A stretch of DNA of 64,000 nucleotides from Mytilus californianus (lineage: Eukaryota), in assembly GCF_021869535.1 (NCBI RefSeq), contig NW_026262712.1, positions 64,976,001-65,040,000 of the forward strand, written 5' to 3'. Positions 11,975-23,504 of the stretch are shown here, in pieces. Under the pieces are notes generated by a model. That model was given only the letters and a program-made list of their open reading frames with translations. It was not told where the DNA came from and searched no databases. The translations under genes and the position numbers were made by a program. Numbering within the stretch: position 1 is the first letter of the stretch; every line of letters begins with the position of its first letter.

Positions 11975-12699
11975 ATACGATACTGTTGTCAGGTCATTAA
12001 GGATGGCATATTTTGGTATTAATATTGATTCACTCATAGGGTCTTTGCATCGGAAATAAACACATTTATTCTAAAACCATTTGTTGGCATGAAACGGGTT
12101 ATGTTCTTCTCATATATTTTATGATGGTATGATGCTAAACCCCTAACGGGAGGGATTGTACCTGATTTTCATATGATGAAGACATAATCTTTCAATCAGT
12201 TTAATTGAGGTTTGGAGCTGGCATGTCAGTAACTGCTAGTAGTCCTTTGTTAATTTATGTATCATTGTCATTTTGCTTAGTTTCTTTTGTTACCTATTCT
12301 GACATCGGACACGGAATTCTTTTAAACTGAGTTTTACTGTGCGTATAGCTATGTGTTTCTTTATTCTACATTGGCTAGAGGTATATGGGGAGGGTTGAGA
12401 TCTCACAAAACATGTTTAACCCCGCCGCATTTTTGCGCCTGTCCCAAGTCAGGAGCCTCTGGCCTTTGTTAGTCTTGTATGGTTTTTTTAATTCTAGTTC
12501 CTTTATATGTTTTGGAGTTTAGTGTGACGTCCATTTTCACTGAACCAGTACACAATTTTATTTAGGGGCCAGCTGAGGACAACCTCCGGGTGCGGGATTT
12601 TCTCGCTGCGTTGAAGACCCATTGGTGGCCTTCGGCTGTTATCTGCTCTTTGGTCGGGTTGTTGTCTCTTTGACATATTCCCTATTTCCATTCTCAATT
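11975..12699 (+). mobile_element. PLE family A 3' fragment (copy B): last RT codons plus the full ~640-nt 3'UTR
   Basis: YDTVVRSLRMAYFGINIDSLIGSLHRK* (TAA at 12057-12059), followed by the UTR shared with copies A, C and D. It ends in ccattctcaattt next to a short (TA)n run. Confidence 0.9.
12101..12188 (+). promoter_or_regulatory. SECIS-like element (type II fold) in the PLE 3'UTR
   Basis: Helix I TCTTC-TCATAT pairs with ATATGA(T)GAAGA. The core is ATGAT (12121) / TGAT (12163). Helix II GGTATGAT pairs with ATTGTACC. An unpaired AAA sits at 12137-12139, 11 nt after the core, followed by an apical mini-stem CCC-ctaac-GGG. Confidence 0.75.
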
Positions 12700-12766
12700 T
12701 TATATATATACACTCGGAGATTAAATGACGTAGAAGTAAGCAACTATAAGTGGAAAAATACTTTAA

Positions 12767-13276
12767 GGTTCATCATAATAAATGGCAAAAAATTGCTGTG
12801 TTTACACCAAAAATTTACTATGAATACAGATAAACCTGTGCAAATTTAAAAAAATAGTTTTAAATACTAGCTTCCACTAGGTTAAATGCAGTTTGTGTTT
12901 CAGAAACAAAAAATCTTTTTTTGATTTAGATGGGGATTTTTTCTCTTTCCTGCAGAAGATGTAAAATAGACTAAGTTGGGTTAAACCTTTGAGATGGCCC
13001 CTCTCAGGTAACAATCGTATAATATGATTTGAAGGGTGTAACTGAGTGGACAGTATCAAATATATCTTAGGTGTACCATCATTGGAAGTGATGAAAAAAT
13101 GCCCATTAGATTCCAAAAAAAAATTTGATCTTTCTGAAACACAAAATGCATTTAATTTTTATATCTCTAGTGGATTCTAGGCCTTAAAACTTTTCCAACT
13201 GCACAGGTTTTTCTGTACTCAAAGTAGTTTTGGGGGTGTAAACACAGAAATTTTTGTCCATTTGTTATGATGAACA
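12767..13276. mobile_element. MITE with long imperfect TIRs flanked by TTAA (Kolobok/piggyBac-type target site)
   Basis: TTAA|ggttcatcataataaatggc at the left end and ccatttgttatgatgaaca|TTAA at the right. Inverted similarity continues inward (ctagcttccactag vs ctagtggattctag; ttaaatgcagtttgtgtttcagaaa vs tttctgaaacacaaaatgcatttaa). Confidence 0.75.
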
Positions 13277-14339
13277 TTAAAGATGCAAGCCTTGTTGTTC
13301 GGCAGATCGTTTCGCCTAACATTTTTGAAATTGCTTCTGAACTATAAATATTTGATTTCAAACCTATACTGTCAGATGTACATAAACAGATGTATTTGTT
13401 AACTGCTGAAATACGAATTTTGAAAATTTGACATAATTGAGCAAATGTACTTAAAATTTTGTAAAAGAATTCTGATATAAATTCTACTGCATTATTTATA
13501 GTTTATGGAGAGCTTGAGAGGGTTTCCACTCGAATTTTGGTTCAAATTGAGGATTCTTTCTTTAAAAAGAAAATTTAAATGACAATAAAGTCAGTAATAC
13601 AGGTACATTATACAGTTTAATGTAATGTTTAAAAAGTAATCATGGAGTGAATTGCAAGTGGGTTTGCCACATAAGGCATTTATTAAAAGATTAAGGTGTG
13701 AGCTTTATCATTTTTAAAACAGTTTCCTGTCACACGGTTATCATTCTCACATGAAGCTCGACACCAGATTATTTCAGGATTATCTGATTCACAGTTCCAG
13801 AGAAAAAAGCAACGACAATTTCATCATATTCACGACATCATGTATAAGACTGTACATGTATAAAACTGTCGGTAAACAGGAAGTTGATGAAAGATAGATT
13901 TGAAACCGTATCACACCGTGCAGCATGCTCATATGAAGATTGACACCTAATCTCAACAAGATCTGATTTGTAGTTCCTGTGATCAATGCGATGAAAATTT
14001 CATGAGACGAACGGTAAACCAATATACTCCTCCTACGGAACAGGGGTATTAATATGTAATACAGCAGCATTTTTCAAAAGGAGTAAATATGAGCTAAATA
14101 ATTCAACTAAAACAAGGTTTATTATTGAGATGATTGAAGGTACACAATATAACAATCATAAACAATATATAACATATCACAGAGAAACAAATTAGTGGAA
14201 GTAGATTATAGACATATATAATTCTAATTTCAAAAAATTATTGTTCAACACTGTATTCTGATCATTATCAGGAACTGACATGCGTGTATGTTATAAAGAA
14301 ATGAGTACAATGTAGGATAAGAACTGTGTTAAATTATCA

Positions 14340-14340
<1 letters not shown>

Positions 14341-14389
<49 letters not shown>
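14341..14389. repeat. (TTA)n microsatellite, ~16 units
   Basis: Perfect tta run. Confidence 0.97.
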
Positions 14390-14979
14390 GCGTTTTTGTC
14401 TTTACAAGTTTTTGACACCTACTGTGTTTTCCCTCATCTTTATGTATTTTTAGTGTTTTTACTTTAGCGTTATCGCCTTTTGTGTTAAAGCCTTTTCGCG
14501 TTTCTGCCTTTTAACTTTTTCGACATTCTCAAAACCATTTTTTTATTCTAAGGATATATGTTACATGAATGATTTATATACAGTAATCTAATCCTTCTTA
14601 CTATATAAATCCTTGGTCCCATTAAATTGGTTGACATTTTTAACGTATATTCTGTAGACTCTTGATATAAAAAAAATCCAGCAGATTTAGAATAAATAAT
14701 TTACGTATGTTAATTGGCAGTACCTCTTTCTATATATTGCATCAATAATGCGTCTGTTCATTTTTCAATATTTAAATCTTTAATAATTCATTTGCCTAGT
14801 ATCAAGATTAACAGATAAATTAACAAGACACGCTTCTTAAAATTTCAATCAATTCAACTATATAAAAAAATATTTATAACAGACAATATATCTATGAAAT
14901 ATTAACAATGCTAAACTATTTAATAAACAACAATACCAGTGTCATATAACAAATAACTATATCACAGGAAAACTTATAA

Positions 14980-15258
14980 GAGGGTGTGGATGGGGGTTTG
15001 CAGAACAGAGAATAATGGGCAAAAAATATAAAGAATAGAGAAAAATGGACCAAAAAATAAAGAATAGAGAATAATGAGGTGCTAAAATATAAAAATAGAG
15101 AAAAATGGACCAAAAAATAAAGAATAGAGAATAGTGAGGTGCTAACATTTTTATAAAGAATAGAGAATAATGGGGAAAAAAGTATAAAGAATAGAGAAAA
15201 ATGGCCTAACAAAGTAAAGAATACATAAATGAAGGACCCTCCCCCCTTCCAGACCCTC
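14980..15258. mobile_element. MITE with GAGGG...CCCTC termini, internal AAGAATAGAG repeats and a 6-bp TSD (TTATAA)
   Basis: ttataa|gagggtgtggatggggg ... ccccccttccagaccctc|ttataa. Confidence 0.8.
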
Positions 15259-16440
15259 TTATAATTTAGACAACAGAATCATTATTTGAGGTAAGATTTT
15301 GAGACGCAGATTCTGAAAAGAACATAGAAAATATTCCATTCGTTGGCAGTACAGAAACCACTGTTCATATTGAAAACGAAAGGGAAAATAATAAGCATAA
15401 TTAAAGAGTGTCTAGCCCGATGGGGTTTACAGAATAGAGAATCATGCATGGCAAAAATATAATGAATAGATAGAAATAAGAAAAAATTTATAAGAATACG
15501 GAATAATGGGATGCAAAAATATAAAGTGTGGAAGATAAATTTAAAGATTAAAGTAATAAAATACTGATAACAGAAATGAACGATGTACCGAATAATGAAA
15601 TTGGTTAATTACACAAAGATTAAATAGTAAAATCATGTTGAAACTTCACGATAATTTTAGAGAATAATGAGAAAGATAGATAAAAATGCCCTAACATTTG
15701 AAAGAATACAGACAATAAGGACCCTTAAAGAATGCAGAAAATAAGGACCCTTAAAGAATGCAGAAAATAAAGACACCCTCATTGATATAAAACAAAGGGA
15801 GAATAAATACAGCTGATGACAGTAAGAACTGCATCATATGTAATTTCTTAAAATTTTAAAGAAAGGACAAAGGTTGATAAGTTAGATAAGTGTTCTTTTT
15901 TATATTATTTTTATCAGAATCCTCCGACATATTTTTTGATGGCATTTTATTCATCACAAGAGTTTAAAAATGCTTAAGAGAGAAAACTGTCTCTATATCA
16001 ATTTGTTCTAGTGACGTCATGATTTTGTAAGTTGGTATCTGAACAATTGAAAAAAAATCGACGAAAAGCCATATTTTTTTGTTGTTTTTTTTTCAAATTA
16101 AGCCCCATCCCAAAATAAATATTCTAACTCTGTCGATAGTGAAAAGCTGAATAATAAGATAGAAAGGTATAAGATAGGAGATAACTAACATTATTCATAA
16201 TAATAAATGACAAGCACTGATAAAGTAAAGTAAAAGAACCGACCGTGCGAGACCCACATGGGTAGTCAAGGTCGTAAAACACCCTTAGTAATGTAAAAGA
16301 TCCTTTAGAAAATGTAAGCCACACAAGAGTTTTCTTTAACGAATTTTCCAGAAGGATTGTCAACGAACAAAGATATTGACTGAAAAGTCTAAAAATTTAC
16401 ACAACATCAAATAAAACTTCATACAAGACAAAACGTCTGG

Positions 16441-19400
16441 TCAAGCGTTTAGAATCTCAGCTACGTCCTCGATCATTTTCTCCTCTGTTCCCTTTAAATC
16501 CTTCTCTTCTGTCTCTGTCCCATCTTCAGCCTTTTCATCATCTACACCACCAGCTTTGGTTCCATTCTGGACTGGATTTTCAGCCTTTTCATGATTTTTT
16601 TCTGCATCCGATGTTTCTTTATTTTCATCACCTGCATCCTCAGAAATTGCTTTATCTGGCTTTTTCTCTGTCGTCATTTCAGTGCTTGTTGCTGGTGTTT
16701 CCTGTTTCTCTGTCTTTGTTTCAGTGCTTGTTGCTGGTGTTTCCTGTTTCTCTGTCGTCGTTTCAATGCTTGTGGCTGGCGTTTCCTGTTTCTCTGTCGT
16801 TGTTTCAGTGCTTGTCGCTGGTGTTTCCTGTTTCTCTTTCGATGTTTCAATGCTTGTAGCTGGTGTTTCTTCTTTCTTTGATACAGCGTGTTCTTCTAGA
16901 ATGACAGGCTTAGAAATCGGTGCATGTTCTGCTAAACGCAAGACAGATCTTGACATCGTTCTAGATATTTGCCGATTCATCGGTTTGTAAGCAGGTGCAG
17001 TTGGTGTAATGACACTTTTAGATATTTGTCTATTCATAGGCTTGCTTGAAGGACCAATTGGGGCAATTGCGTTTCTAGATATCGTTCGTTTCAGAGGTGC
17101 TTTTATTGTTGGTGGTGTTGTCTTCTCGGGATGTATTGTAGCACTGTTTCCAGTTGAAGGTGGAGGAGTTGGCCTCTTTTGTAAGTCAATCTCCTCCGAT
17201 GGTCCTTCTGGATGTTCCTGTACAGTAACCATAGTTGATTCTGGTCTTGTTGACTCCGGTCGTTTAGCGTCATCAGGTGATGTTCTCACCAAAATAGAAG
17301 AACAACTGGCCTGTCTGGTTATGACCGAAGAATTACTCATCACACTATACCTGTTTATTTCTGTTTGCTCAGGAGTAGCTATAGATTTTCGAGAGAGTGA
17401 TCGCTGAATGGTTTGTCGAGGTGGAACACTTGGCTTTTCTGTTTCAGATTTTCCAGGTAGGTCGCCGTCATCTGGAGTTTGTTTCTCCTCTTTAGTTTCT
17501 TTTTCCCCTTTTGCCTTTGGTTCCGTCTCATTTTCAGTTTGTACTAGATCGATCTTGCCCTCTTTCAGTGCTTCTGTTGATAAAAAAATAATTCATATAT
17601 TATAATGTACAGTGCTGATTTAATTATAATTCTGAAAAAATTTTAAAAAAAAAGAACAAAACGTGTTTTGAACATAAAATGGTTGATACATAAACAATGT
17701 GAGCATACAAAATCAGTAAAAAAAAATTTAGGTAAAAAAAAGTACAAAATGAAATTTTAAAGTATAAAATTACATACATTTCACATATCTATTTATGATC
17801 ATCAAAGCTTTGGTGCCATAAATACTATAAATTAAGCTATTAGCTAAATACGAATACAGAAATTATTGTGCAAAAACTAGTTCGATTTTTATCAAAAGTA
17901 CTAACATGTTATAGATATTTCAAATCTTTTGGATAGTTTTACGGTGTATCGTAAATTATACCATAGCTTTTGTTGAAACCCCCGACAATGAGTTTGCCGA
18001 CGAGTATCAACAAAAACTATGATATAATTTACGATACACCAAAAACATATCCCAAAATATGGAATTCATATTTCATATATTTTTTGTTTTTTCACTTTTA
18101 AAATAATGTTGATAAGAATCAGCCAATTATCCTTTTCGGGCCTTACAAATAAAGTTCCGCTTACTATTTAAAATAAGCACGGGCTTCCAGCAATGGATGC
18201 ACATTTACATTGGTGTTGCATAACGTAACAGATGAAAAAATGTTGAAGGAATTATATGTTCTGGGTATGCTGTGCAACGAATAAAAACCAGACATAAGCC
18301 GAATATGTAGGACTGTAACGATACAATAGAGATTCAGTGGTAAGCATGCGACTACAGATTTTTGATATTTTGAAAGATTTCTGGAATCCCAGATTACAAT
18401 TTTAACTTTTTTTATTTCATGAGAATGTTTAAAATGCTTTTATTTTTAAGTATTCATTCATAATTCTGAGGAAATTAATTTCTCAAGAATCTCTCCAAGA
18501 TTTTGAATGAATAATACCACATTTTAATTTGTATCAAAAGCCCAAGTCGTACAAATTAATAGGTTTTTCAAAATGTTACCTATTAAAATAACATGTTTCC
18601 TATTGATAGTCCTTAGTATTTAACCTTCATTTAGAGTAACCGGACGCTATCTAAGTCTAGCGGTCAAACATTATTAGTTTTACTTTTAAGCAACCTCGTT
18701 AAAATCTAGATGCCAGCAGTGTATATCAAATAATTTTTAAACCTATAGCTGTACAATGGAGCCTTTGGGAATACAATCCAAGTATACATCTCAATAACCG
18801 AAAATCAACTTATATTTTCCAGTATAATATATATTCAAATATAAAGCTTAATACATTCGTTTTTATTTTACTTTATTTGTTTTTTTTTTTCTTGGAGCAA
18901 AATTTTTTTTCATTTAAAAATATAGGACAACGGAGTTGGCGTACGGTTGTTAGATTCCCATCCTTGGCATTCATTTATATCGGTGTGTGAAAAGCAGCCA
19001 ATTCAGCTTAGTGGCCTCGCGCTGACTCTGTTGTTCCTATGTCAAAAAATTCAGCCGGCCGTGGCCAGGTCTTGCTTTCATTCTTTTTTCTTCGAAGTCC
19101 AGATGCAACAAAACCATGGTATAATTGTGAAAATTATACCATAGATAGTTATGGTATAATTTTCGGTTACTGAGATTTATACTCTGGTTGCATTCCCATA
19201 GGCTCATTTGTACAGCTATAGTTTTGAAGAAGATTTAGAGATTACTGCATACAAGTAATCTATCAAAATTTCAATTGTCAGTTATATTCCGTCGAATTTT
19301 TCGTATAGATAAACATATCTTCTGATTTTGATTTTTGGTGTTTTAACGCCACTTTTAAGCACCGCTTTTGGGCTATTTTGTGGCAGCCAGTTTTTATTGT

Positions 19401-21896
19401 TGGTGGAGGAAGCCGGAGTGTCCGGAGAAAACCTCCGACCTTCGATAGGAAAACTGACAGTCCTAGTCAATTAAGATTGGAGTCGAGTGCACCTGCACGA
19501 GCGGGGTTCGAACTCACAACCTCAGTGTTGACTGGCTCGTGATTACAGTAGTAACTACTTAGACCACTCGGCCAACGAGGCCTCATATTTTCTGTATGAT
19601 GTTGTGAAATGTACGGGCATAAAAAAGACTGTTATATTCTTTTACTTAAATAAATGTAGATATCTCTTTTTATCTATAAAAATGTTCACCATTTAGTAAT
19701 TTAGCTAATAGTAATTTCAGTTTGCGAAATAGTCATTCTCGGTTCAATTATCCAAATTAAATACACCTTTAATATCATATAAAATTGAATAATAGATGTT
19801 CATGCTAAATTTATAAAAAAAAATGTAATATTGTGTATACGTCTTTCAAAAATGGCAGACCATATCTCTCTAACAAATCATAGAATGATATTGTACCAAT
19901 ATACTATTGAGCATCATCAGTTGATTCCTCGGGTTTATATGTAAGCTAATGAATGATTGTACAAAAACATAATTTTCTAGTATTAAAGCTGTTTTTCGTT
20001 TTAAGAGAATCAGAAACTGGGTTATATTGTTTTCTGTAAAGTTGTCAAGATTCAATATAAATTCAGTGTATTCCCTAGAATTTTCAAAAATAATTTAGTT
20101 TAGAGATACAATGCTCCCTAAGTCAGCATGATTTTCTTGGTAAATATTCTATCAAATCACTAAAATATGTATTCCATTCGTAAATTTGCGGTTTCACCAA
20201 GGAAACGAATCTTAGGAAATTAATATTTCATGAACAACCATGAATAAACAATCAGTCATGAATGGAAATACACCCTTAGTGTACCGTTGATAAAAAATGG
20301 AATTTATGTTGGGGAAATCAATCAACTACAGTTTTTCAATAAGAAAAATTCTAAATAAAATTCAATACAAATATGTCCAGACAGACTCCTTCTTAAAGAT
20401 ATGCAACTAATTAGCAGTAGTGTTTGCTAAAATATGGAAGTGTTGCACATGTGATGCTACCTAAAAACTGTTATATTTTTAAAATCGTCTCCTTTCTAAC
20501 TAATCGTTAAAATTAAAATTTCAGTTAAGTCTAATTTTAGATTAAATGGTAGTTTTTACGCTTCTTTCTGTGATTTTACATGTTTTTTTGTCCACACATA
20601 TCTGTTTGGATTTGTTGATATTCCGAAGTTTTTCTGAACGCTTTGCATCTTTTTGTTTCCATTTAAAATTTCCAATTCTCTCTTCCTACTTTCTTCCATA
20701 ATTTTGTCTTTCATAAACGCTGACAAACCACCAACGATTCGTTTAGATCCTTTAGCTTCTGAAGATTGTCCGAATTTCGTCGCTGCAACATCCCATCCAG
20801 AATTTGAAGGCTTTTGGGCTTTTTTGTCAATTAATGTATCTTTAACAGACGATGGTAAACCACTAACAATTCGTTTTGACCCCATTGTTTGTGATGATTG
20901 CCCAAATCTATTTGCTGCAACATCCCATCCCGTGTTTTTATCGGTAGATTTGACAACATCGATATTCGAAATTGATAATGAACTTGTTTTTCCGAACCGA
21001 GGCGAATGATTGTTCGGACTGGTTTTTCCCCTTTTATTTTGTCGGTCAGTGGAAGGATTTTTCATTCCCTGTTCTACAACAGAAAGCTTGCTAAGTGCAT
21101 TGATTTTGGAGGATGAATTAGAAAAGAATTTCTTCAAAATCATTTTATTTCTCGAAACAACTTCTGGTGACTGTCGTTCAACTTCTTCATTACATGGCGA
21201 GCTTGTATTTGATCCTGACGATTCGCTATTGTTGAATAACCTTTTTTGTTCTGACGTGATGGGTTGTTGGCCAATAAATTTCCTAAACGGTTTTTTCTTT
21301 TTCATATCTTTTTTCTTTGACTCCTTGAAGTATTTTTCTGCAAGTATATATTATTAAATTAAACCTGCGTTTTCAAAGTTAATTTCTGAATCATTTCTTT
21401 TAACCCTTTTACAATTTGTGAATACTGATATTTTAATATAGATGAAAGAATTATGAGTAGCTTGTTCATTAAAAAAAAGTGTTTTGACAATTTATATTTT
21501 GTATGCCGTAACAACAAAGCTCTATAGCATTGTAATTCTATAATTCTTTATAAAATCAAATGACCCAACAATCCACCACGTGCATTTTAATTTATTTTTA
21601 TGTAACAGCAAGAAACGAACACTTTGAAAACACACATTTTTAAAAGGTTCAAAGCGAGAAAATTCCGAAAACAAACAGCACACAAAAATAACTGAAGAAG
21701 ATTATCACCTCTAGCAAATGCTGTGGATTTGTTGAAGTCGAGAGCTGAAGGTTTTGGTTCACCTGTTGAGCTCTCAGGACATCCTGTTATCTGAGATTTG
21801 TCCCTCCTTCCCCGGATAATAACAAAAAGCAAAGCGCCTATGATCGCTAGACCAATAAATACTGCTATCAAAATCATAACATAGCCTCCTGCTGGA
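16441..21896 (-). CDS. Single-pass membrane protein with a long low-complexity cytoplasmic tail (isoform with distal last exon); 5' end unresolved
   Basis: Exon 21896-21709 encodes the TM segment VMILIAVFIGLAIIGALLFVII followed by RGRR and ends in phase 1 (AGA G|GTGATA). Exon 17573-16441 (caacag| acceptor, phase 1) has 377 open codons with five 14-aa repeats of the type KQETPATS(T/I)ET(T/K)TE and many RxxS motifs. Confidence 0.7.
17946..18040. repeat. Short hairpin/inverted repeat (~34-bp arms)
   Basis: ggtgtatcgtaaattataccatagcttttgttga versus tcaacaaaaactatgatataatttacgatacacc. Confidence 0.85.
19322..19584 (-). mobile_element. tRNA-derived SINE with a V-domain-like core
   Basis: The minus strand has an A box (TGGCCGAGTGG), a B box (GTTCGAAC), the core ggttttctccggacactccggcttcctccacc and an (aaaatc)n-like tail. 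Confidence 0.8.
20556..21337 (-). CDS. Alternative (proximal) last exon of the same membrane-protein gene: basic Lys/Ser-rich tail
   Basis: The acceptor tatacttgcag| (exon starts at 21337) is phase 1 and in frame with the 249-aa ORF, which contains two ~45-aa repeats (GWDVAANRFGQSS...GSKRIV / GWDVAATKFGQSS...GSKRIV). Confidence 0.6.
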
Positions 21897-23504
21897 CTAA
21901 AATAAAAAGTAAGAATTGTTTTATAAATATTTATATATTATTGGATATAATAAAAATAACCAATGATGCTTCAGTTGCATCAGTTAATAGTTACGAGTAA
22001 AATATCTGCCAGCGTTAAAGATGTAATTTCTCTTCAATTCATGTATGAGTCATTTTTATCAATTAATTGAAAGAGTTTTGAACATTTGATATGTTGATTA
22101 TAAAATGTATATGACTTTTTTGTTTTAGTCCATTGTTGTTTTGCTTCATTTCAATGTTCATCAGTCATATTTCGTCTTTCATACGGATATTCTTATGAAT
22201 AAAGAATAATTACAGCGCCCTCTTACGGTCAGTGTCCTCCAAAGGAGATCGTAGCGAGCAGAATATAATGACTTAGTTATTCGGGTTAGTACTCCCAGCA
22301 CACGGATTAAACAACTACATATAAGTTGGATTTTAGATGAATTTGGTAATTGGTTGTTTTGTTTTGTTTTTCCTCTTTTCATTCAAATGCTTCATACCAT
22401 TATCATCATATAATAATGCTGCTCAGTATTTACAGTTTTTTGTAGACTGTTCTTCATCTTTTCCTCGTTCTTCGTTTTTTTTTTGCAAAATATTGTCGGT
22501 TTCTCTTCGACTTATGAATTTTGATTTCTCTATATGGTATCTTCAGCCTCTTGTTTTAAATGTATTAATTTTACATATAACAATATGCAGAAAACTTACA
22601 TAAACGTTTCAAATTGTGCTTCATTTTCTGCCATTACACCTATAAATAGATTTTATTTTACTTAAGATTATCAGATATTTGCAATTTGAATGAAGGAATG
22701 TGGAGTGTGTGTCAATGACAAAGAAACGCCATCTTTAACACATACACATACTCACACAACACACAAGCATGCAGTTGTTTGAAACGAAGTAGTTAAAATG
22801 CTTATCGATTGTCGCATGCCCAAAGTAGCTGGTTAACATTGGTGTTACATGTGTCTCTCTAATTAATATCATTTTCCAGTAATTTGTGATGAAATTTTCA
22901 TTAAAGACACAGAAAAGCAACATGCATCAAAACATTGTTTATGAAAACTTACCATAACTTATTGTGAAAATGATCAGGAAGTCGAAAGCACACATCATCA
23001 GCATGGTTGTTGATTTAAACTGCCTATAAAGCTACCTTGTCTGAATGGTATAAGATACTTAAGTTTCAAACAAACCTAGATACCATAAAAATGCTTGGAA
23101 ATAATAACAAAATATTTTGAAAAATTAATAAGATTTATATAAAATCGATACAATCACCTTTGAAATACATACAAATATGTATATAGATATATACGTATAA
23201 AATTACAAGAAAATTTAAAACAATATATTATATCATTTTCTTTTAAATCGATAAACAAATCGAATAAACATAAGAAGAGAAAATAACTTTCAGTTTAGCA
23301 AAAGACCAAACTACATGCAAACGTTTCACCATATCTCCGTTGTGTTTGTCATGGTTTTACATTTAACGTCGCCATGTAGGAGGCACTCAGTGGGGTAGTC
23401 ATTATCGTTTTCTTTAGACCATTTGTCTGTACTCTGTATATTTAAGAACCCCATTATTCTTTTTTCTTTTTTTTTTTTTTTTGTTATTTTCTCTATTCCC
23501 TATT

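Noticed and set aside
14916-15212. Hydrophobic Phe/Leu/Ile-rich ORFs resembling membrane proteins
   Set aside because: They are translations of the MITE's TTCTCTATTC-type internal repeats.
16591-17605. Several plus-strand and alternate-frame ORFs rich in Cys/Val/Ser
   Set aside because: They are shadows of the repetitive minus-strand coding exon.
19500-19584. tRNA genes here and at ~38190-38262 and ~43720-43792
   Set aside because: The A and B boxes are present, but I could not form a complete cloverleaf and each head runs into a SINE body.
22170-22320. Candidate upstream coding exon for the TM gene
   Set aside because: The frame required for a phase-2 join at the visible donor contains a stop (cac TGA cc), so at most it is a UTR exon.
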